A stretch of DNA of 64,000 nucleotides, taken from positions 32,001 through 96,000 of the forward strand of contig CBFIGY010000005.1 of the NCBI GenBank assembly GCA_965662235.1. Reading direction: 5' to 3'. The translations under genes were made by a program, and so were the position numbers. Origin of the DNA: an uncultured bacterium (lineage in GTDB: Bacteria > SAR324 > NAC60-12). Numbering within the stretch: position 1 is the stretch's first letter; each line of letters starts with the position of its first letter. Shown in pieces: positions 58,694 to 64,000 of this stretch. The notes beneath the pieces are model-generated. The model was not told the origin of the DNA, did not search any database, and saw only the letters and a program-made list of their open reading frames with translations.

Positions 58694-60502
58694 ATGCCGA
58701 CCCAGAAAGTCACGTACGACGAAAGTAAGATCCTCACCCTTTCCTCCCTCAACCACATCCGCCTCCGGCCCGGCATGTACATCGGACGGCTCGGCAGCGG
58801 CACGCACCCCAGCGATGGTATCTACATCCTGCTCAAGGAGGTCATTGACAACTCCATTGACGAGTTCATCATGGGGCACGGCAAGCGCATTGTCATTGAC
58901 ATCCGCGAGGGCGAGGTGCAGGTGCGAGACTACGGACGCGGCATTCCACAGGGAAAGCTGGTGGACTGCGTCTCGGTGATCAACACCGGGGCCAAGTACA
59001 ACGACGAGGTCTTCCAGTTCAGTGTGGGCCTCAATGGCGTCGGCACCAAGGCCGTCAACGCCCTCTCCGCCTCCTTTGAAATCACCTCCTACCGAGAGGG
59101 CCAGGGCAAGACCGCCCGCTTCCAAGAGGGCGAACTCGTGGAAGAGAGCCCACTCTTCAAGACCTCTGAAAAAAACGGAACCTTCGTCCGCTTCACCCCA
59201 GACCTCCAGCTCTTCCCCAAGTACGCCTATGACCTCGGCACCGTCCGGAAGCAGCTCTGGAACTACGCCTACCTCAACCGAGGCCTGACCCTTTCGCTCA
59301 ACGGGGAGAAGTTCAAGTCCGACAACGGTCTGCTGGACCTGCTCCGTGAAGAGGTGCAGGAGAGCAACCTCTATGAGGTCATTCACTGCGAGGGCGAGCG
59401 GTTTGAGTTTGCCCTCACTCACACCGACCGTTACGGCGAGGAAAACTTCAGCTACGTCAACGGGCACTACACCAGTGACGGGGGGACGCACCTGAGCGCG
59501 TTCCGGGAAGGCATCCTCAAGGCGGTAAACCAGTACTTCAAGAGCAACTTTGACGGACCCGATGTCCGAGACGGCATGGTCACCGCGGTGGCTGTGAAGG
59601 TCCGGGAGCCCATGTTTGAGTCTCAGACCAAGAACAAGCTGGGCAACACCGACCTGCGTTCCACCCTGATGCCTGCCGTCCGAGACGCGTTTGTCGACTT
59701 TCTCTACAAGCACCCGGACCGGGCGGAGGAGCTCAAGCGCAAGGTGCAGTCGAATGAACGCATCCGCAAGGAGCTGAGCAACGTCAAGAAGGCTGCCCGT
59801 GAAAACGCCCGGAAGACCGCCCTGACGATTCCCAACCTCAAGGACTGCAAGATCCACATGGGGCACAAGTCCGGACGGGGCGACGAGAGCACCCTTTTCA
59901 TCACCGAGGGGCAGTCTGCCGGCGGGAGCATGATCAGCAGCCGTGACGTGGAAACTCAAGCGATCTTTTGCCTCAAGGGCAAGCCGCTCAACACCTGGGG
60001 ACAGGGCATGGAGGCGGTCTACAAGAATCAGGAGCTGTACAACATCACCAAGGCCCTTGGCATTGAGGAGTCGCTGGAGGGCCTCCGGTACAACAAGATC
60101 ATCCTGGCCACCGATGCTGATGTCGACGGTCTGCACATCCGGAACCTGCTGCTGACGTTCTTCCTCACCTACTTTGATGCACTGGTGCAGCGGGGACACG
60201 TGTACATCCTCGAAACCCCTCTCTTCCGGGTCCGGAACCAGAAGGAAACACGGTACTGCTACAACGAATCAGAAAAGGAGCAGGCGCAGAAGGCCCTCAA
60301 GCGGGGGAAGTTCTTGGAGGTGACACGCTTCAAGGGGCTGGGAGAGATCTCCCCTAAGGAGTTTGGGCAATTCATTGGTCACGACATGCGCGCCGTTCCG
60401 GTGGGACTGGAGCACACCCATGAGGTCCGGAACCTGCTGAACTTCTACATGGGCAGCAACACTGCCGAGCGCAAGCAATACATCATGGAACACCTCGTCT
60501 GA
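58694..60502 (+). CDS. parE: Type IIA topoisomerase B subunit (topoisomerase IV-like, short form)
   Basis: HIRLRPGMYIG, EVIDNSIDE, DYGRGIP, GLNGVG, FESQTK, TDADVDG, RFKGLGE; 602 aa without the GyrB insertion. Confidence 0.88.
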   Translation: MPTQKVTYDESKILTLSSLNHIRLRPGMYIGRLGSGTHPSDGIYILLKEVIDNSIDEFIMGHGKRIVIDIREGEVQVRDYGRGIPQGKLVDCVSVINTGAKYNDEVFQFSVGLNGVGTKAVNALSASFEITSYREGQGKTARFQEGELVEESPLFKTSEKNGTFVRFTPDLQLFPKYAYDLGTVRKQLWNYAYLNRGLTLSLNGEKFKSDNGLLDLLREEVQESNLYEVIHCEGERFEFALTHTDRYGEENFSYVNGHYTSDGGTHLSAFREGILKAVNQYFKSNFDGPDVRDGMVTAVAVKVREPMFESQTKNKLGNTDLRSTLMPAVRDAFVDFLYKHPDRAEELKRKVQSNERIRKELSNVKKAARENARKTALTIPNLKDCKIHMGHKSGRGDESTLFITEGQSAGGSMISSRDVETQAIFCLKGKPLNTWGQGMEAVYKNQELYNITKALGIEESLEGLRYNKIILATDADVDGLHIRNLLLTFFLTYFDALVQRGHVYILETPLFRVRNQKETRYCYNESEKEQAQKALKRGKFLEVTRFKGLGEISPKEFGQFIGHDMRAVPVGLEHTHEVRNLLNFYMGSNTAERKQYIMEHLV

Positions 60503-60522
60503 GCCCACGCGGGCCCCAAGCC

Positions 60523-61410
60523 TCACCCCTTCACCGAGCCCTCTGAGAGTCCAGACACCAAGTAACGCTGAGCAATCAGAAACACCACGGTGATCGGCAG
60601 TCCGGACAGAATCGCCGCCGCCGCAAAATCCCCCCACAGATACTTGAACTCATTCAGGTACAGACGCGACCCCACGGCCAGGGTCAGGTTTTCCTCCGAA
60701 CGGATCAGAATTGACGCCAGCGGGTAGTCGTTGATGACGCTGATGAAGACCAGCACAAACACAACGGCCAAAATCGGCACCGCCAGCGGCAGGAAGATGT
60801 ACCAGAAGGTCTGCCACGGCGTGGCGCCATCAATGGCTGCGGCTTTGTCCAGCGACGAGTCAATGCGGTCAAAGTAGCCCTTGATGGTCCAGATGTGCAT
60901 CATCACTCCGGAGAGGTAAACCAGCACCAACGAAAGGTGACTGTCTAGGCCAATCCAGTCCGACAGGTCGCCCATCGCATCAAAAATCGAGTAGAGCGCC
61001 ACTAGGGCTAGGGTGGTGGGGAACATCTGCACAATGAAGAGCGCGTCCAGCAGCCCCGCTCGTCCCCGAAACGGGATGCGGCTGAAGGCATAGGCCGAGA
61101 CCGTGGCAATCACAAGCACCCCCGAAGCCGCAATCAGGCCGATCTTGACGGAGTTGAACATCCACAGCAGCACCGGATAGGGGGGCTGCACCACGGTTCC
61201 GTCCGCCCGCGTGTAGTCCCAGCCCAAGGCCAGGGCCCAGTGCTCTAGGGTGGGCTGTTCTGGAATGAGGGAGCCAATGGTGAAGTTTCCCTCCCGGAAG
61301 GAGATCGAGACCACCATCAGGAACGGAAAGAGGATCAGCGCTAGGAAGGTCAGCAGAAACCCGTGGGCCAGCACCTTCTTGATCAGCAGGGTGCGCGGAC
61401 GTTCCACCAT
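60523..61410 (-). CDS. malG: Maltose/maltodextrin ABC permease
   Basis: PPYPVLLWMFNS, QMFP, KGYFD, AAAIDGATPWQ, WGDFAAAAILS. Confidence 0.92.
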   Translation of the reverse strand: MVERPRTLLIKKVLAHGFLLTFLALILFPFLMVVSISFREGNFTIGSLIPEQPTLEHWALALGWDYTRADGTVVQPPYPVLLWMFNSVKIGLIAASGVLVIATVSAYAFSRIPFRGRAGLLDALFIVQMFPTTLALVALYSIFDAMGDLSDWIGLDSHLSLVLVYLSGVMMHIWTIKGYFDRIDSSLDKAAAIDGATPWQTFWYIFLPLAVPILAVVFVLVFISVINDYPLASILIRSEENLTLAVGSRLYLNEFKYLWGDFAAAAILSGLPITVVFLIAQRYLVSGLSEGSVKG

Positions 61411-62948
61411 CAGGGCGCTCCTGCAGACGTCGCCCGGCGCATGGCAACAAAGTTGGCGTAGGCAATCAGGGACACGATGATAAAGATCAGCAGGGTGATG
61501 GCGCCAGCAAGGCCAAATTGCGTGCCACTGTCCATGAAGGCGATCCGGTAGGTAAACGACCCGAGGATGTCGGTCTCTCCTGCCGGAATGACGGTTCCAG
61601 GAATGTCAGGCAGCCCTCGGGTGAGCAGGAGGATCAGCACAATGTTGTTGAAGTTGAAGGCAAAGGACGCCAGCAGCAGCGGCAGAAACGGAGGCAGAAT
61701 CTGCGGGAGAGTGATGGAAAAGAACACCCGGAAGGTCCCAGCGCCTTCCAACGCTGCCGCCTTGTAGTGATCCTGCGGAATCGACTGCAGGAACCCCATT
61801 GCCAGCAGCATCATGTACGGATACCCCAGCCAGGTGTTGACCATCAGGATCATCGACCGGGCCAGGGTTTCATTGGTAAACCAGGCCGGCCGCAACTGAA
61901 ACAGCGCCTCCAGGATTAGGTTGATCTCTCCGAAATTCTGATTGAAGAGCCCCCGGAACACCAAAATCGAGATGAAGGCCGGGACCGCATACGGCAAAAT
62001 GAGGAGCACACGGTACGCCGTCTTGAACCGCAGGTGCGGCCACTGAAGGATCAACGCCAGCCCCAGCCCCAGCCCAAAGGTCAGCAGCACTGAAGCTGTG
62101 GCAAAAACAAGGGTCCAGGTAAAGATCTGCACCAGAGGCGCCCGGATGCCTTCCGACTGAAAGATGCGCAGGAAGTTTTCCAGTCCAATGAAGGTCCGCC
62201 ATCCGGGAGTGACCTTCTCTCCGTCAGCCGTGCGGTAAAATCCGGTGCTGGGATCAGGCGTCAGGCGGGCTCCGGAGAGGCTCAGGAGGGTGCCATCTTC
62301 CTGAAGCTGATACTCGGGTTGCACCGATGCAAAGGTTCGCAGCCCGGACGCCCGTAGCTCCGTCTGGTCCGGAAGCACCACGGACGCCTCGGCCAACGCC
62401 TTCCTCAGCTTCACCACCTCCCTGAAGCTCAGCAGCGCTTCCGGAGCCTCGGTCACACGCTGAGCCAAGACCTGTTCCGGAGCCCCTTGCAGCGCCAGGG
62501 GTTCCGAAAGCAACCCCCCGCTTTCTTCAGGCAGAAACACCCGATACTGACCTTCCTCTGCAACCAGTCCAAAGGGACGCTCTGTCTCAGGAGCCACCGC
62601 CTTGGCGCTGAGCAGCACTTCGGTGACACGCTCAAAGCTGAGGAGGTTGAAGGAACCGTAGTTCGTGAAGCCGAGGTAGATGGTGTAAAAGATGGGAAAG
62701 AGGACAAACAGCAGCATCGTGCTGATGCCCGGGAAGATGAAGCGGGCGAAGTAGAACCGCCGGAAGCCAAAAAGGAAGAGGAAACCTAGGGCAACCAAGA
62801 GCACACAGGCTCCGAAGAGCGCCTGTCCCACTAGGTAGACGCTCCAGGAAATGGCGAGCAGCCCCACAAAAACAAGGCCAACCAGTCCCCGCATCAGCCA
62901 CGGGAGCAGGCCCGTCTGACGAGGAGCAGCAGGAGAGGCAAGGGACAT
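61410..62948 (-). CDS. malF: Maltose/maltodextrin ABC permease
   Basis: FTNY..NLLSFER with large P2 loop, LILPYAVPAFIS, WLGYPYMM, FAFNFNN. Confidence 0.92.
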   Translation of the reverse strand: MSLASPAAPRQTGLLPWLMRGLVGLVFVGLLAISWSVYLVGQALFGACVLLVALGFLFLFGFRRFYFARFIFPGISTMLLFVLFPIFYTIYLGFTNYGSFNLLSFERVTEVLLSAKAVAPETERPFGLVAEEGQYRVFLPEESGGLLSEPLALQGAPEQVLAQRVTEAPEALLSFREVVKLRKALAEASVVLPDQTELRASGLRTFASVQPEYQLQEDGTLLSLSGARLTPDPSTGFYRTADGEKVTPGWRTFIGLENFLRIFQSEGIRAPLVQIFTWTLVFATASVLLTFGLGLGLALILQWPHLRFKTAYRVLLILPYAVPAFISILVFRGLFNQNFGEINLILEALFQLRPAWFTNETLARSMILMVNTWLGYPYMMLLAMGFLQSIPQDHYKAAALEGAGTFRVFFSITLPQILPPFLPLLLASFAFNFNNIVLILLLTRGLPDIPGTVIPAGETDILGSFTYRIAFMDSGTQFGLAGAITLLIFIIVSLIAYANFVAMRRATSAGAP

Positions 62949-62963
62949 GGCGACTTCTGAGGC

Positions 62964-62987
62964 AAAAGAAGGGCCTAGAGGCCCTTC
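62964..62987 (-). terminator. Stem-loop between malE and malF
   Basis: GAAGGGCC-N4-GGCCCTTC followed by TTTT on the minus strand. Confidence 0.6.
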
Positions 62988-62998
62988 AGCAGTGACGG

Positions 62999-64000
62999 TT
63001 ACTCACCCACGATGCGGGACGCAGCATCGTTCAGGGCCGCTTCCACCGTGCTGGCGCCTGAGGTGATGTTGCCCAGAGCCGGAGCCATGGCCGACCAGAA
63101 CTTTCCCATCTCCGGATTCGACGGCATCGGCACTCCGCTGGCGGCGTTCCGGACCGTTGCTTGAATCTTCGGGTCCGTCTGCTGAGCGCCAGCGGAGCGG
63201 TCGGTCAACACACCCAGTGCTCCGTTGGCATTCCAGGTGGCAAGGCCGTCATCGGTGAGGAGGTAGTTTTCCACAAACTCCACAGCCAGGTCCTTGTTCG
63301 GAGAAGCGGCATTGAGCGCAAGGGCCTGGACCCCCAGAAACGGCGGAGAGGGTTTTCCCGCTACAGACGGAATGGGAGCAACAGCGATGCGGATCCCGGC
63401 TTTCTCATAATTTCCCCACGACCACGGACCATTGATGACCATAGCCACCTCGCCTTTGGCCATCGCGCCGTCCATCACGCCATAATCCACTCCTTGCGGC
63501 ATCACGCCCTCGTCAAAGAGCTGCTTCAGGACACGAGCGCCGGTGAGGGCTCCGGCATTGTTGACGCCGGTGGTGGTGCCGTCGTAGGAGTCGTTGACCT
63601 TGCGGAAGGCAAAGCCGCCGTTTGCCATGAGGAGCGGCATGGTGAAGTAGGTGTTGTTGTAGTCCCACATGATGGGCTGGACCCCTTCCGGGAGGGAGAG
63701 GTTCTTGAGTTCTTCAAAGCTCTGGGGAGGCGTTTGGATCAGATCGGTGTTGTACACCAGCCCCACGGCTTCCACCGCCACCGGATACCCCCAGATCTTT
63801 CCGCCAAAGCGAACGGCGTCCCACGCCGTGTCCAGTTGTTCAGCCTGCAGCTTGGCGCTCGGGGTCACCGGCGCAATCAACCCACCGGCCGCCCACTCGC
63901 CAAAGCGGTCATGGGCCCAAAGGACTAGGTCCGGACCATCTCCGGTTGCGGCTGCCTGCTGAAACTTTTCCACAATCGGGTCCACGTCTTCCACCACAAC
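62999..64000 (-). CDS. malE: Maltose-binding protein (5' end outside window)
   Basis: [45 protein letters not shown]. Confidence 0.93.
   Translation of the reverse strand, partial: VVVEDVDPIVEKFQQAAATGDGPDLVLWAHDRFGEWAAGGLIAPVTPSAKLQAEQLDTAWDAVRFGGKIWGYPVAVEAVGLVYNTDLIQTPPQSFEELKNLSLPEGVQPIMWDYNNTYFTMPLLMANGGFAFRKVNDSYDGTTTGVNNAGALTGARVLKQLFDEGVMPQGVDYGVMDGAMAKGEVAMVINGPWSWGNYEKAGIRIAVAPIPSVAGKPSPPFLGVQALALNAASPNKDLAVEFVENYLLTDDGLATWNANGALGVLTDRSAGAQQTDPKIQATVRNAASGVPMPSNPEMGKFWSAMAPALGNITSGASTVEAALNDAASRIVGE

Overview
A GC-rich (~60%) chromosomal window from a flagellated Gram-negative heterotroph. The gene mix tentatively suggests a SAR324/deltaproteobacterium-like organism, but the sequence alone cannot prove this. 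No rRNA, tRNA, CRISPR array, prophage or intact IS was recognised. In order, it contains: the 3' end of a mini-RNase III; a TauE exporter; a stand-alone sigma28-driven flagellin; uraH plus an orphan ABC ATPase; nifJ (PFOR) plus a DHOD-like flavoprotein; a phosphorus-uptake block (AfuABC-like ABC + PiT converging on PhnDCEE + DUF47); an unlisted 50-aa gene with its own promoter; a SoxW-like thioredoxin, a low-GC beta-barrel and a GST; a ~12-kb PQQ alcohol-oxidation cluster whose dehydrogenase has the lanthanide-type WDYDG motif; form-II coxSLM; a sirtuin; an orphan kinase; TPP riboswitch-thiBP; a LolB-like lipoprotein apparently starting at CTG; acetoacetate-CoA ligase; oxyR with an lpd-like gene; apaG; obgE; an MNT-HEPN pair with a frameshifted HEPN; parE; and malEFG. 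The best candidates for new biology are (i) a very acidic secreted protein inserted between the SBP and beta-propeller genes of the lanthanide-ADH cluster, (ii) a multi-hairpin leader with CAGGGA repeats upstream of that ADH, (iii) the 50-aa small-protein locus, and (iv) a strong excess of the palindrome TCCGGA. All family calls come from motif recognition by eye; no database search or folding program was run.
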